Part shown: positions 49,408 to 59,931 of the stretch, in pieces
Numbering within the stretch: the first letter of the stretch is position 1
How the letters are laid out: each line of letters begins with the position of its first letter
Assembly (NCBI GenBank): GCA_944381105.1
Contig: CALWJU010000041.1
Coordinates: forward strand, 1,217-65,216
Length of the DNA stretch: 64,000 nucleotides
DNA from: an uncultured Clostridia bacterium
GTDB lineage: Bacteria > Bacillota > Clostridia > Christensenellales > UBA1242
Direction of reading: 5' to 3'
The notes under the pieces: generated by a model
Seen by the model: the letters and a program-made list of their open reading frames with translations, nothing else
The model's database searches: none
Told to the model about the DNA's origin: nothing
Position numbers and translations under genes: made by a program

Positions 49408-50961
49408 TTATACCTTTCTTTTATTGAGTTCCATTAAAACTTGTGCTGTTGCATAGGCATCATTGAATGCTCTATGTGCTCCTTCTAGTTTTAAACCTAG
49501 ATATTTAACCACTGTTCCAAGTTTATAATTCCCTGGATTTATCTTTGCCTGTTTTGCCACAATGTAAGCATCAATAACAGTATTTGTAAAAGGAATATTT
49601 AATTTATTAGTTATCTTTTTAATAAATTTTAAATCAAACCCTATTATGTTATAGCCACTTATAATACAGTCCTTAGACCATTCGCAGAAATCAATAATAA
49701 CATCTTCAATCTTTGGAGCAAAGGCTACCATTTCATTTGTGATATGTGTTAAATTTTGTACCTCGACAGGTATGGGATTTTTAGGCTTTGCAAAACTTGA
49801 AAATCTTTCAGTTACCTCACCATGCTCTATTTTAACTGCTCCTATCTCTGTTATTTCACACGCCTCTGGATCAAGTCCTGTTGTTTCTATGTCAAAGACA
49901 ACAATGTTATTTTTAAGTATAAAGTCATTGTATTTGTCATTATGATCAAATAGAAAAGATTGAGCACTTCGAGGAAGTAAATCTGGAAAAACAACTTGCT
50001 TGTGATTATGCTTAATATCTTCAACAGCAAGATTTTCTTCTTGGTTATTTTCTTTAACACTAGGGCTTGCCAGTGAGATTTTTTTAATGTAATATGTAAG
50101 TTTACCGTTTATACCTGGTTTTAAATCACCTACACATAATATAAAAGAAAGTTCTTCGAGGTTTTCAAGTGTTTTTTCATGAGTTTTTGGACAAAAATAT
50201 ACGCACTCAACTTGTCCTTCAATATCTTTTAATGTAAAAGTATATAAAGATTTTTCTTCACCTGCACGCTTGCCTTTTTTAATTACAAACTTCTTCTGTA
50301 ATTTATTTGATATAAATCCTGCTAGTATAACCGATAATTTTTGTTTTTGGTTATCTTTTATGTATTCAGGCTTTGGTATAATATCTCCGCCTATTAGTTT
50401 TTTCTCAATTGAGACGTTATATCTTCTTGCTTTTGTAGGAACAGGTAAAATGTCATCGCTTTCTATTTCATCAGGTAAACTTTCTTCGTTTTCTTTTATA
50501 TCTATTGTAAAATTTGCTATATACAATTTGTCAAGATAATTTTTGAGCATAGATTTTAATTCGAATTCATCAATGAGAGAAAAAATATCCTGATTTAGTT
50601 TTATCTCAATTGAGACATCTGTTAGATTGCTTTTTATTAGTATATTGTCAAGTGATATGTAGGGCAAAAGTCCCTTTTTATTTGTCTGGAAATATTTAAC
50701 TACATCCTCTAATATCAGTTTCTCATCTAAATAACTTTTCTTAAATTTAATCTTTAACTCACCGTTTAAGGCAATTTGCTCTTTTAAATATTCTCCTATT
50801 TCATGTTTATCATCATCTGATATCTCATTAATTGTTAGAGGATACAAAAAAGTGATTGTACACGTCTTAATATCTATATCGTATACAACACTAAGCAATT
50901 TTAAAAAATCATATTTCTTTTCAAATTTCCTTTGTAATAATTCTTTTATATTGACCATCAA
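49408..50961 (-). CDS. PolC-N-terminus-like / OB-fold protein fused to a DEDDh 3'-5' exonuclease (no polymerase or PHP domain)
   Basis: Exo I VVFDIETTGLDP, Exo II GYNIIGFDLKFI, Exo III HRAFNDAYATAQV. The upstream segment SLYTFTLKDIEGQVECVYF resembles the PolC OB domain. Sits at the position polC occupies in Bacillus. Confidence 0.7.
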   Translation of the reverse strand: MMVNIKELLQRKFEKKYDFLKLLSVVYDIDIKTCTITFLYPLTINEISDDDKHEIGEYLKEQIALNGELKIKFKKSYLDEKLILEDVVKYFQTNKKGLLPYISLDNILIKSNLTDVSIEIKLNQDIFSLIDEFELKSMLKNYLDKLYIANFTIDIKENEESLPDEIESDDILPVPTKARRYNVSIEKKLIGGDIIPKPEYIKDNQKQKLSVILAGFISNKLQKKFVIKKGKRAGEEKSLYTFTLKDIEGQVECVYFCPKTHEKTLENLEELSFILCVGDLKPGINGKLTYYIKKISLASPSVKENNQEENLAVEDIKHNHKQVVFPDLLPRSAQSFLFDHNDKYNDFILKNNIVVFDIETTGLDPEACEITEIGAVKIEHGEVTERFSSFAKPKNPIPVEVQNLTHITNEMVAFAPKIEDVIIDFCEWSKDCIISGYNIIGFDLKFIKKITNKLNIPFTNTVIDAYIVAKQAKINPGNYKLGTVVKYLGLKLEGAHRAFNDAYATAQVLMELNKRKV

Positions 50962-50969
50962 TTTCTATT

Positions 50970-52214
50970 TTATAACAGAAAATGCAATATGTCAACTAAA
51001 ATCACAAATCCAAAAAGTATAACAAGTCCTATTGTGTGAATTAAGTTCTCTGTCTCACGCTTAATAGGTCTCTTTCGTATTGCCTCTATTGTTGTAAAAA
51101 GTACATGCGAGCCATCAAGAGCAGGTATAGGCAAAGCATTAAATATGGCTAAGTTTGCAGATATTAGTGGTATCAATAATAAAACATTTGCTATATTTGT
51201 CTGAGTAAATGTGGCAATTGTTTCTATTGTTGTCAAAGGTCCTCCAATGGATGATAGTGGCAATTGGAAAGTTATTAACATCCATAACGACTTTAACACC
51301 ACCCAAGCAAGACCAAAAGCAAACGGCACAGCCCTTTCCAATGCTTCTGAGAATGTATAGACATAGGCACTAACACGTCCATCAAAGCAATAGGCATAAT
51401 TTATATCATATTCGCCCTCTATAACATTGCCTTCGGAGTCCAATTTGGGAGTCCGTATTTCGAGTTGATAGAACCCTATATATACATTATCAATATACTC
51501 ACCATTTCTTTTTACAACAGCAGTTGTAGTTTCTTGATAATTTTGAAAGGCCTCTCGTTCATTATAAGTATCTGGATGTGCTTCCTTCTCCTCTTCCAAA
51601 TAACTCATGAGATTTGCAAATTCAACAGTTCTCAAATCTCCATATAAAGAGCCATAGGCAAAATCTATTTTTTCGCCATTTATTGAAATAATAACATCTC
51701 CCTCTTGAAGAGTTTCTGCACCCTCTGGTATATTTGATAAGTTTGTAACAGGAGTTATATCAGTATTGATATTATCTAAATTGACCTCATTTCCATACAC
51801 ATCATAAATAGCAGTACTTCTTGCATCAAAAAGAGTTTGCACCTGTGGTACATCATAACCAACTGTACAAAGCAATATTAGTGAAAAAATAACTGCTGTT
51901 GCAAAGTTGAATGTTACACCTGCTAAGAAAACTAAAATTCTTTTCCAAGGTGCTTGATTTGTAAAAGCATCTTTATCATTAGGGTTTGTTTCATCTTCGC
52001 CAGCGAAGGCACAATAACCGCCGAGCGGAAAAATACGGAGAGAAATAAGTTCTCCCCTTTTATTTTTACGAGAAAAGATGGCTTTACCAAAGCCAACCGA
52101 AAATTCTGTTATTTTAAAATTCAACATTCTGCCGATGGTGTAATGTCCAAATTCATGTATTAAAACCATCAAAAGAAGAATTGCAATTGCAAGAATTATA
52201 TATAGTACAATCAT
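50970..52214 (-). CDS. rseP: RIP site-2 metalloprotease RseP/RasP
   Basis: HEFGHY zinc motif in TM1, PDZ-like insert and C-terminal NALPIPALDG motif. Confidence 0.9.
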   Translation of the reverse strand: MIVLYIILAIAILLLMVLIHEFGHYTIGRMLNFKITEFSVGFGKAIFSRKNKRGELISLRIFPLGGYCAFAGEDETNPNDKDAFTNQAPWKRILVFLAGVTFNFATAVIFSLILLCTVGYDVPQVQTLFDARSTAIYDVYGNEVNLDNINTDITPVTNLSNIPEGAETLQEGDVIISINGEKIDFAYGSLYGDLRTVEFANLMSYLEEEKEAHPDTYNEREAFQNYQETTTAVVKRNGEYIDNVYIGFYQLEIRTPKLDSEGNVIEGEYDINYAYCFDGRVSAYVYTFSEALERAVPFAFGLAWVVLKSLWMLITFQLPLSSIGGPLTTIETIATFTQTNIANVLLLIPLISANLAIFNALPIPALDGSHVLFTTIEAIRKRPIKRETENLIHTIGLVILFGFVILVDILHFLL

Positions 52215-52279
52215 TTTACCTCTCTCATTTTACTAGCAACTTTCTTTTATTTAGACATAGATTATATGTTATAAATCTA

Positions 52280-53251
52280 TTACAGCACAGCAAATAATAT
52301 ACTAAATGCAATAAAAATAAATGGTGCGACAAAAATATATGAATCAAATCTATCAAGCATGCCACCATGTCCTGGCAGTAAATTGCCCGAATCTTTAACC
52401 CCTGCACTACGCTTTAAATAACTTTCAAATAAATCCCCCGCCTGACTTATAACAGAACCTAGCAATGAAATAATTACTATCTTCCAAACAGTTATTCCAC
52501 TTCCGAGCAAGATTGTATTCATTGCAGGTATTGAATAACATATATAGTAAACGGCAACAGTTAAAAGTACGCACCATAAAGTACCGCCAACTGCACCAGA
52601 AACAGTCTTTTTAGGACTTATTTTAGGTGCTAACTTTTTACCCTCAAAAAGACCTCCCGTAAGAAAAGCAAAGGTATCGGTAAAAATAGGTATTAAAAAG
52701 GCAAGAAGCAGAACAAAGAAAGATACCCATCCGTCGAAACCTACAAGTGAAGAAAATGTGGTGGTCATGTCTTCGAAGTGATTTATAAGAGTTAAAAACA
52801 TAAGCAAGAAGGCTGGATAAACGAAAACAACTGTTGTATTCAATGCCTTTACAAGAGAATATTTAACAACACTTGTAGACTTGTCCATTTGTCTTGTTCT
52901 TATCTCTGCTTTTGTTTTGTTAAAACTAATTAATGGCAATACAAATGCAATAGCAAAGAACAATACAATCATTGCAACTGCAATTACAAGCGTATAAATA
53001 AGACCAAGCGAAGAATCAAACGCACTGCAAACAAGAAGTATCAGCATTAGAAATGCTGGAAAGATTGTTGCTAACAATTGATTGTTATATTTGCCCATTT
53101 TTGTAAAGATCTTTGACGCCTCATAACATGAAAAGCAGAGAACAACTAAAATAAGTGCATCAAAAAAATAATTGCTTACATAAACTTTTAAAATAAATGC
53201 GATCGCAAGCACTAAAATAATACCTATTGATGTAATCAGTCTATTTTTCAA
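52280..53251 (-). CDS. cdsA: phosphatidate cytidylyltransferase
   Basis: SYLKRSAGVKDSGNLLPGHGGMLDRFDS signature; polytopic membrane protein. Confidence 0.9.
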   Translation of the reverse strand: MKNRLITSIGIILVLAIAFILKVYVSNYFFDALILVVLCFSCYEASKIFTKMGKYNNQLLATIFPAFLMLILLVCSAFDSSLGLIYTLVIAVAMIVLFFAIAFVLPLISFNKTKAEIRTRQMDKSTSVVKYSLVKALNTTVVFVYPAFLLMFLTLINHFEDMTTTFSSLVGFDGWVSFFVLLLAFLIPIFTDTFAFLTGGLFEGKKLAPKISPKKTVSGAVGGTLWCVLLTVAVYYICYSIPAMNTILLGSGITVWKIVIISLLGSVISQAGDLFESYLKRSAGVKDSGNLLPGHGGMLDRFDSYIFVAPFIFIAFSILFAVL

Positions 53252-53943
53252 CTTAAACCTCCAAATCTTCGTTTCCTTTTTTGGTATACCATTAACGCTT
53301 TAACAAAGTGTCTTTCATTAAAGTCTGGCCATAAGACCTTTGGAAAATATAGTTCACTATATGCCATTTGAAATAATAGGAAATTTGATATTCTATTTTC
53401 ACCACTAGTTCTAACTATAAAGTCTGGTTCTGGAAGAGAACATGTATCAAGTGAAGAAAGTATATCTCCTTCTTCCACCTTTTTATAGCCATTATCAATC
53501 AATTTATTCACTGCCCTAACTATATCATCTCTTCCGCCATAGTTAAGAGCGAATATTATTTCAAGTTTATCATAATCTTTTGTCTTTTCTTTAATATCAA
53601 TCAAAGCACTTTTTAAATCCTCAGGAAATGGATCTAAGACACCTATCGATGATAACTTCACATGTTTTTTTAAAAAGATATTATCTTCTTTTGAAATATA
53701 AGTTCTTATTAAATCAAATATGCCTTCTATTTCTTCTTTGCTACGTTTCCAATTTTCTGTCGAGAAAGCAAAAAATGTGCAATATTTAATACCATGCTTT
53801 AAACAGGAGTCAATCGTCCTTTCTATCGCTTTAATGCCCTCTTTATGACCAAAAGTTCTTGGCAGGCCTCGCCTAGTTGCCCATCTTCCATTACCGTCCA
53901 TAATAATTGCTAAATGTTTTGGTACTTTTTTTATTTTTGCCAT
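53248..53943 (-). CDS. uppS: isoprenyl transferase (undecaprenyl diphosphate synthase)
   Basis: HLAIIMDGNGRWA, FSTENW.R and RTSGE.R.SNFLL. Confidence 0.95.
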   Translation of the reverse strand: MAKIKKVPKHLAIIMDGNGRWATRRGLPRTFGHKEGIKAIERTIDSCLKHGIKYCTFFAFSTENWKRSKEEIEGIFDLIRTYISKEDNIFLKKHVKLSSIGVLDPFPEDLKSALIDIKEKTKDYDKLEIIFALNYGGRDDIVRAVNKLIDNGYKKVEEGDILSSLDTCSLPEPDFIVRTSGENRISNFLLFQMAYSELYFPKVLWPDFNERHFVKALMVYQKRKRRFGGLS

Positions 53944-53997
53944 ATAAATTCCTTTTATTAATCTTAATAATGGAATTTAATAAAGCGAAATTGTAGA

Positions 53998-54564
53998 TTA
54001 AACTTCCATTATCTCCTTTTCTTTAACCTTGCAATTTTCATCTATTTGATCGCAGGCTTTATCTACAAGTTTCTGTATTTGTTCTTCGTAAGTATTGCGT
54101 TCGTCTTCTGATATTTCGCTATTCTTTTCGAGGTCTTTTATCATATCCATAGCATCTCGTCTTGCACCACGAACAGCAACCTTTGTTTCCTCTGCAATTT
54201 TCTTTACAGATTTGACAATTTCCTTTCTTCTCTCCTCAGTGAGTGCTGGGAAAATAAGTCTTATTGTCTTTCCGTCCTCATTTGGATTTACGCCTAAATC
54301 GGCTGCTGAAATTGCTTTTACAACATTTTTAACTTGTGATTGATCCCATACTGATATTGCAAGTATTCTAGCCTCTGGTACAGTTATACTAGCCATATTT
54401 TTAATTGGTGTAGGCACTCCATAATAGTCAATAAAAACTTTATCAAGGATATGAGGATTTGCCCTACCTGCACGAATAACTAAATATTCACTCAATTGAT
54501 GTTTTACTGCCTTATCTATTTCCTCTTGGCAGGAAAGCATAATTTCTTCTACCATTTCGTTCAT
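53998..54564 (-). CDS. frr: ribosome recycling factor
   Basis: IRAGRANPHILD, ITVPEARIL and RRDAMD. Start set at ATG 54564 (AAGGAG 6 nt upstream); the upstream 57 codons of the ORF are AT-rich leader. Confidence 0.9.
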   Translation of the reverse strand: MNEMVEEIMLSCQEEIDKAVKHQLSEYLVIRAGRANPHILDKVFIDYYGVPTPIKNMASITVPEARILAISVWDQSQVKNVVKAISAADLGVNPNEDGKTIRLIFPALTEERRKEIVKSVKKIAEETKVAVRGARRDAMDMIKDLEKNSEISEDERNTYEEQIQKLVDKACDQIDENCKVKEKEIMEV

Positions 54565-54761
54565 AAATATCTCCTTGCAATTTATTTTACTATAAAGAAA
54601 AAAAAATTGCAAACGATTTGATATTATTGTAATAATATTCTTTATTTTTTTATTAGAAAATAGGTGCATAATTTTATAAAAATAATAAAAAAATGTCAGA
54701 AAATATTTTAAGAGAATAAAAATGGCTATTTGCACTATCTATCATCTTAAATAAAGCATAT

Positions 54762-54796
54762 AAAAAAACATATTAGACTACAATTTCCTAATATGT
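54762..54796 (-). terminator. intrinsic terminator after tsf
   Basis: Minus-strand ACATATTAG-11 nt-CTAATATGT followed by T7. Confidence 0.7.
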
Positions 54797-54848
54797 TCTC
54801 TTATTTTGTTTTTCATACAGCAATTATTTAGCCATACTTGTTAATATG

Positions 54849-55502
54849 TTATTTACCTTTCATTTGTTTTTCAACTTCTTCTGCAAGGTTGTCATTACGT
54901 TTTTCAAGTCCTTCGCCCATTTCAAACCTTACAAATCTTCTGATAGAGATTTTTTCTCCGATTTGTGCTGTTTTCTCTGCAATGTACTTAGAAATAGTTT
55001 TGCTTGGATCTTTAACAAATGTCTGTTCAAGTAGACAAACCTCTTGATAATATTTCTTAACTCTACCCTCAATCATTTTTTCAACTATTTGGGCTGGTTT
55101 ACCCTCGTTAAGAGATTGTGCTCTAAAAATTTCTTTTTCTTTTTCAAGTTCATCTGCTGGAACATCCTCTATTTTAACATATTTAGGTGCAGTAGCGGCA
55201 ATTTGAAGAGCGATGTCATGTGCGAGTTCTTGAAAATCATCCGTTTTAGCAACAAAGTCAGTCTCACAGTTGATTTCAGCAAGAACACCAATCTTTCCGC
55301 CCATGTGAATGTAAGCAGTAACGATACCCTCAGATGCTATTCTTGACTGTTTTTTTGCGGCTGACGCCATACCCTTTTCTCTAAGCCATACAATTGCCTT
55401 TTCAAAATCGCCATCACTCTCAACTAGTGCTTTTTTGCAGTCCATCATACCAGCATTTGTTTTTGCTCTAAGTTCTGCAACGTCTTTTGCTGTAAAATTC
55501 AT
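54849..55502 (-). CDS. tsf: elongation factor Ts (short form)
   Basis: [21 protein letters not shown]-like N-terminus; 217 aa. Confidence 0.9.
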   Translation of the reverse strand: MNFTAKDVAELRAKTNAGMMDCKKALVESDGDFEKAIVWLREKGMASAAKKQSRIASEGIVTAYIHMGGKIGVLAEINCETDFVAKTDDFQELAHDIALQIAATAPKYVKIEDVPADELEKEKEIFRAQSLNEGKPAQIVEKMIEGRVKKYYQEVCLLEQTFVKDPSKTISKYIAEKTAQIGEKISIRRFVRFEMGEGLEKRNDNLAEEVEKQMKGK

Positions 55503-55505
55503 ATT

Positions 55506-56411
55506 CTACTCTCCTTTATCTTCTTTTTCAACTTTTACAGATTCTTCCTTTTTCTCTTCTTTAACTTCTTTTTTAGCCTCTACCTTCTTTTTTGCTGACT
55601 TTTTCTTAGCAGATTTCTTATTTCTATTTTCTTCGCCTGCCTCAGCAATTTCAAGATTAGGTCTAGTTTCTGCAAGAGCCTTTTCTATATCAATTTCCTC
55701 TTCTTGAACATCCTCTTTTTTAAGTGATACACCCTCTTTTGCTTCAATTACAGCATCAGCAATGGCAGATGCAATTAATTTTACAGAACGGATAGCATCA
55801 TCATTTCCTGGAATAACATAATCAATGTGATCAGGGTTTCCGTTTGTATCAACAAGAGCAACCATAGGTATATTTAAAAGTTTACATTCGTTTACACAAA
55901 TATGTTCAATATTAGGGTCAACAACGAAAACAACACCTGGTAATTCTCTCATTTCTTTGATACCGCCAAGGTTACGTTCAAGTTTATCTCTTTCTGTTTT
56001 TAAAAGAGTAACCTCTTTTTTAGGAAGTAAGTCAAACTCTCCTACCTTTTCCATTTGATTTAATTTGTTGAGTCTTTCAATTCTAGACTTAATTGTCTTA
56101 AAGTTAGTAAGACATCCTCCAAGCCAACGAGTGTTGATATAGTACATACCACATCTCTCAGCCTCTTCTTTTACAGCATCTTGTGCTTGTTTTTTAGTTC
56201 CTACAAAAAGAACATTTTTCCCTGAGGCAACAACATCTCGTACAAACTTATACGCTTTGTCTATTTGCTCAGATGTTTGTTCTAGATTGATGATATGAAT
56301 ATCATTTCTTGCAGTGAAAATGAATTTTTTCATCTTAGGGTTCCACTTTCTAGTTTGATGACCAAAGTGAACACCTGCTTCTAGAAGTTGTTTCATTGAA
56401 ATAACTGACAT
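55506..56411 (-). CDS. rpsB: 30S ribosomal protein S2 with Lys/Glu-rich C-terminal tail
   Basis: [21 protein letters not shown] start and conserved core. The tail begins [18 protein letters not shown] and continues Lys/Glu-rich. Confidence 0.95.
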   Translation of the reverse strand: MSVISMKQLLEAGVHFGHQTRKWNPKMKKFIFTARNDIHIINLEQTSEQIDKAYKFVRDVVASGKNVLFVGTKKQAQDAVKEEAERCGMYYINTRWLGGCLTNFKTIKSRIERLNKLNQMEKVGEFDLLPKKEVTLLKTERDKLERNLGGIKEMRELPGVVFVVDPNIEHICVNECKLLNIPMVALVDTNGNPDHIDYVIPGNDDAIRSVKLIASAIADAVIEAKEGVSLKKEDVQEEEIDIEKALAETRPNLEIAEAGEENRNKKSAKKKSAKKKVEAKKEVKEEKKEESVKVEKEDKGE

Positions 56412-56579
56412 TTTTTTATCCTCCTTTGTTTTTGTCCTTCCTTATAGTTTTCGAGCTCCTAATTGCGACCACAGAATAATATCTTTTATGTTGCATATGG
56501 TATCGTTTTTCTATACAACAAGTTTTTGGCAACTGCAATAGAATATTCTATAAGTGCATATTTGTCCAACGACGAAAGT

Positions 56580-56608
56580 ATTATAACATAAGTTAAATAT
56601 ATTGTCAA
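56580..56608 (-). promoter_or_regulatory. consensus promoter TTGACA-17-TATAAT for rpsB-tsf (5' UTR of about 160-170 nt)
   Basis: Minus-strand TTGACA (56608-56603) and TATAAT (56585-56580). Confidence 0.6.
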
Positions 56609-56790
56609 CTCTTTTTACGTCTATTTTAATTTTTGTCATATAAAAATTACATTTAGTTGATTATCAATCATTACTTAATTGAAAGATTTATAGTAGAATT
56701 ACAGAAAATATTACAATAACAATTTAAAATAACCTATATCGCATTCTTTAAAGGAAAAAGATAAATTCAAATAAAGGTTTGGAAATTATT

Positions 56791-56816
56791 AAAAAAATCC
56801 CTGAACTATTCAGGAA
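56791..56816 (-). terminator. intrinsic terminator whose loop is the secF stop codon
   Basis: Minus-strand TTCCTGAA-TAG-TTCAGGGA followed by T7. The TAG stop (56808-56806) forms the loop. Confidence 0.65.
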
Positions 56817-57864
56817 TTTTTTGTTTTTGTCTTGTAACCTTTGCTCTTTTTCTATCTTTATAAAAGACAGAACATATGCTTGGAAGCAAGAATTGAGAGG
56901 TATAGAAAGTCGTAAGTAAACTTATCATTATTCCAAGTGCAACCTCTCTTACACCCTCAACTGCAATAACTGAGAAAAGTATAGCAATCACAAATATTAC
57001 TAAATAAAGAACTACTCTATTTAAGGTAATTTCTTTTATAGTAGCATTTGCTATCTCACTGTTTTTAACTTTTTCAAACCTACCAGACCTAATATTCGAT
57101 TTAAGTTTAAAATAATAGTAGATAAGATTAAACACACTAAGCATAAAGGTTGAGAGCAAAATGATTGATAGTGAAAGATTGATTGTTAGTCTAAATATTA
57201 AAATTAGTCCAAGTGTCATAAATATATCTATCGCAATTTGCAGTATACCTACAAGGAATATACTTGGGTTATTTCTAAATGCAAGGTAGCATGCCATGAC
57301 TAAATAGCCAAATACAATGCAAGCGACCGTCCCTGTTATCCACGTGAAATCTGCACTAGACGGAGAATAGTCTATATTTGATACTGCATCTTCATAGTTT
57401 GAATAGCCAAAAGCGGTGATTAGAGATTGTCTAATATCGTTATTTAATGCGGTTATACTGTCAATATCATTAGACAAATTTTGATAAGTTACCTCCACTG
57501 CCTGTCCATTTGTAACAAGGTAATCTTCAATAGTCATATTTGTTATTCTAAATGAGTCAATGGCAAGACCATTATCATTCAAAACGATGTCTATTTTATC
57601 ATACACTGCATCAAGGTCTGCTTGATTTGTAATATCATAACTTGCAATATCCTCTCCAAATCTGTTTTCATTATTAACATAAATTTTAACTACACTTTCG
57701 CCTGTAAAATCTGTTCCATAATGGAAACCAACAACAGAGACAAGGACAATTCCTACAATTAAAATAATTGCTGGAATTATAAGAAAATATAGGAAATTTT
57801 TTGTTATGTTAAATTTGGAAGATATTATTTTTTTATTTAGATAATTATTTTTCATATTAAGCAT
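56806..57864 (-). CDS. secF: protein translocase subunit SecF
   Basis: GTDFTGES (SecF G-DF-GG-like motif), six-TM RND-like C-terminus. Overlaps the secD end. Confidence 0.75.
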   Translation of the reverse strand: MLNMKNNYLNKKIISSKFNITKNFLYFLIIPAIILIVGIVLVSVVGFHYGTDFTGESVVKIYVNNENRFGEDIASYDITNQADLDAVYDKIDIVLNDNGLAIDSFRITNMTIEDYLVTNGQAVEVTYQNLSNDIDSITALNNDIRQSLITAFGYSNYEDAVSNIDYSPSSADFTWITGTVACIVFGYLVMACYLAFRNNPSIFLVGILQIAIDIFMTLGLILIFRLTINLSLSIILLSTFMLSVFNLIYYYFKLKSNIRSGRFEKVKNSEIANATIKEITLNRVVLYLVIFVIAILFSVIAVEGVREVALGIMISLLTTFYTSQFLLPSICSVFYKDRKRAKVTRQKQKIPE

Positions 57865-59347
57865 TTTCGTTACCCCCTTCGTGATTTATGGTAACTACAC
57901 TTTCCTCTTGTGAGTCTATGGCGTCATTTTGAGGTTGCACGTCTGAAATTATAGTCTCCTCTTTTAATTCTTTTACGCCTTTCTCTCTGTAAAGACCAAG
58001 CCTCTTAGATTTTGTGCTATTTAGTGGCAAGTAAATATTTAATAGGTATCTTGTTACAACAAGTGATATAAATACAGATATAATTGCTCCCATAAATAAC
58101 ATTACACCAAAGCCATTAAAAGTAGACGGAGCAAATATCCATATAATTGCACCAACTAATGCTACTATAATATGACTGTCAAGAATTGGCCAAAGCGATT
58201 TTTTCATTCCGCCCTTGAATGACAAATGTATCTTCTTTCCGATTGAATATTCGCTTCTAATATTTTCAAATATGATAACGTTTGCAACAAGAGAAAGGAG
58301 ATATGCAAATATACATCCGAATAATGTTGCAAGATTTAATACAACAAATGGTATAGCCTGCATGAAGAATACAAATATCACTAGGAAGAATATTTGTGAA
58401 AGACATCCAAGTAGTCCTAAATCTCTATAATTTGCTATTAAAAACGCAAGAGTAATCACAATAGATACGATAGTAGCAATACCTATATATAACAAAGTGT
58501 TTTGTCCAAAAAGGGCTGTAATATTACTTGTTTCTGGATAGGACAATTCAAGACCTAATGCCCCTCCTGTAATAATGTAGGCAAGGCGAGCCTGTGCCGT
58601 TCCATTTGACGCACTAACAGAGTTTCCTACAAGATTTGGCGAATAATAATCACTGCTTGAATCGATTGCAAAAGAGATTGTTGTATCAATGTCATCTATG
58701 TTGATTGTATCTGATAAGAGGTTGTCTTCTGTTAATTCTTCAATATAAATATATACGTTAGAAGAGTTTATTTCCTCAGCAGATGTAAGCATATTTTCAA
58801 GTCTTATTCTGCCAGAATTCGTAAATTCAAGCACTACTGTATAGCCACTGCTATCATAGTCATAGCCAACATAGGCATAATCAATATCGTTACTATTTAG
58901 ATATACAGTTGGATTTGTAACTGTGTCGCTGATTTCTTCAAGAGTAACAAATATCTCTTGTCCTTCTGCAAGATAGTCAAAAACATAATCGGTAGCATCT
59001 ACTCCTGACGCCTCCACTCTTATTTTTTCGCCCTGTCTTGTTACAAAAAGTTCAGGGAAATTTTCTCCTCTGCTTGAACCGTTGCTACTAAATACATTCT
59101 CCACTTTTGAAAGTGCATTGTCTATGGTCTCGGTAAGAGAGTAGCCTGTATTATTATTGCTTAGTTCTGCACTATATATAGCAGAAACGCCACCATCTAA
59201 GTCAATTCCTTTTTGGATAGCACCAACAAAGCCATTATATCTATCCGCTGTCGATGGCACATTAAAAGGACATACACTTAAAAGTACGCCCAAAATTGCA
59301 ATAATGACAAGAAGTATGAAATTTACAATAGAGTATTTCTTTAACAT
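57857..59347 (-). CDS. secD: protein translocase subunit SecD
   Basis: N-terminal TM helix, GIDLDGGVS motif, large periplasmic-type domain, six-TM C-terminus. Confidence 0.75.
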   Translation of the reverse strand: MLKKYSIVNFILLVIIAILGVLLSVCPFNVPSTADRYNGFVGAIQKGIDLDGGVSAIYSAELSNNNTGYSLTETIDNALSKVENVFSSNGSSRGENFPELFVTRQGEKIRVEASGVDATDYVFDYLAEGQEIFVTLEEISDTVTNPTVYLNSNDIDYAYVGYDYDSSGYTVVLEFTNSGRIRLENMLTSAEEINSSNVYIYIEELTEDNLLSDTINIDDIDTTISFAIDSSSDYYSPNLVGNSVSASNGTAQARLAYIITGGALGLELSYPETSNITALFGQNTLLYIGIATIVSIVITLAFLIANYRDLGLLGCLSQIFFLVIFVFFMQAIPFVVLNLATLFGCIFAYLLSLVANVIIFENIRSEYSIGKKIHLSFKGGMKKSLWPILDSHIIVALVGAIIWIFAPSTFNGFGVMLFMGAIISVFISLVVTRYLLNIYLPLNSTKSKRLGLYREKGVKELKEETIISDVQPQNDAIDSQEESVVTINHEGGNENA

Positions 59348-59426
59348 TGATAATCCTTTTATCTTTTTTTATGTCTACTCTCATAATTATAAAGAATTAA
59401 AAGGACTATGTCAATTAAATTTGAGT

Positions 59427-59846
59427 TTAGTTTGCACTTTTTTTGATATTTACGCTAATTATTCCGCAAATTGCACCTATAACAGCACCAAAAACGCTAT
59501 CTGTAAGCAATGTAATATCAAAAACGAATGTACCACTTAGTATTGAAAAGATTAAAAATGCCATAATTGAGTAAACAAAACCTATTAAAAGTCCGCTTAC
59601 AAGTCCTAGTTCTTTACATTTTTTAAGCCCAATAAAAACACCTAAAAATATACTAATCCCCTTAATTACTTGATTGACAGGTGCTATTGCACTGTCTGAT
59701 ATGTTTGTAAATTTTAGTAGAAATGCAAACACCAAGACAAGTACAAGTGAGGTGCAGAGGGCGATCAAAACTCCTTTGGCAACATACTTTATTAAAGAAT
59801 TTTTATTCCCCTCTTTGTGTATATTTATTTTAGATTTCAATTTCAT
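59427..59846 (-). CDS. small four-helix membrane protein (YrzE / TIGR04086-like)
   Basis: 139 aa, four hydrophobic helices, position next to secDF/yajC as in Bacillus. Family call made from memory only. Confidence 0.45.
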   Translation of the reverse strand: MKLKSKINIHKEGNKNSLIKYVAKGVLIALCTSLVLVLVFAFLLKFTNISDSAIAPVNQVIKGISIFLGVFIGLKKCKELGLVSGLLIGFVYSIMAFLIFSILSGTFVFDITLLTDSVFGAVIGAICGIISVNIKKSAN

Positions 59847-59931
59847 AATTGACTCCTTTTTTAAAAATTATACTTGTAATTAATAAATATGTTTATAAAA
59901 TAAAAAAAATAACTTTTCAGTAAAAGAAAAG

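Noticed and set aside
54565-54735. N-terminal 57-codon extension of the frr ORF, and similar extensions of pheS (4491), spoIVB (13031), rimP (49268), rluA-like (3736), xseB (33517) and spoIIIAB/AF/AG
   Set aside because: The extensions are AT-rich with hydrophobic nonsense sequence and lack an SD. Some run through leader RNA structures (T-box, hairpin). Internal ATGs have strong SDs and match the conserved protein N-termini.
54849-55502. tsf as a truncated pseudogene (217 aa versus about 290 aa in Bacillus)
   Set aside because: The ORF has an intact N-terminal UBA-like domain and a proper stop followed by a good intrinsic terminator. Short EF-Ts forms exist in several lineages.
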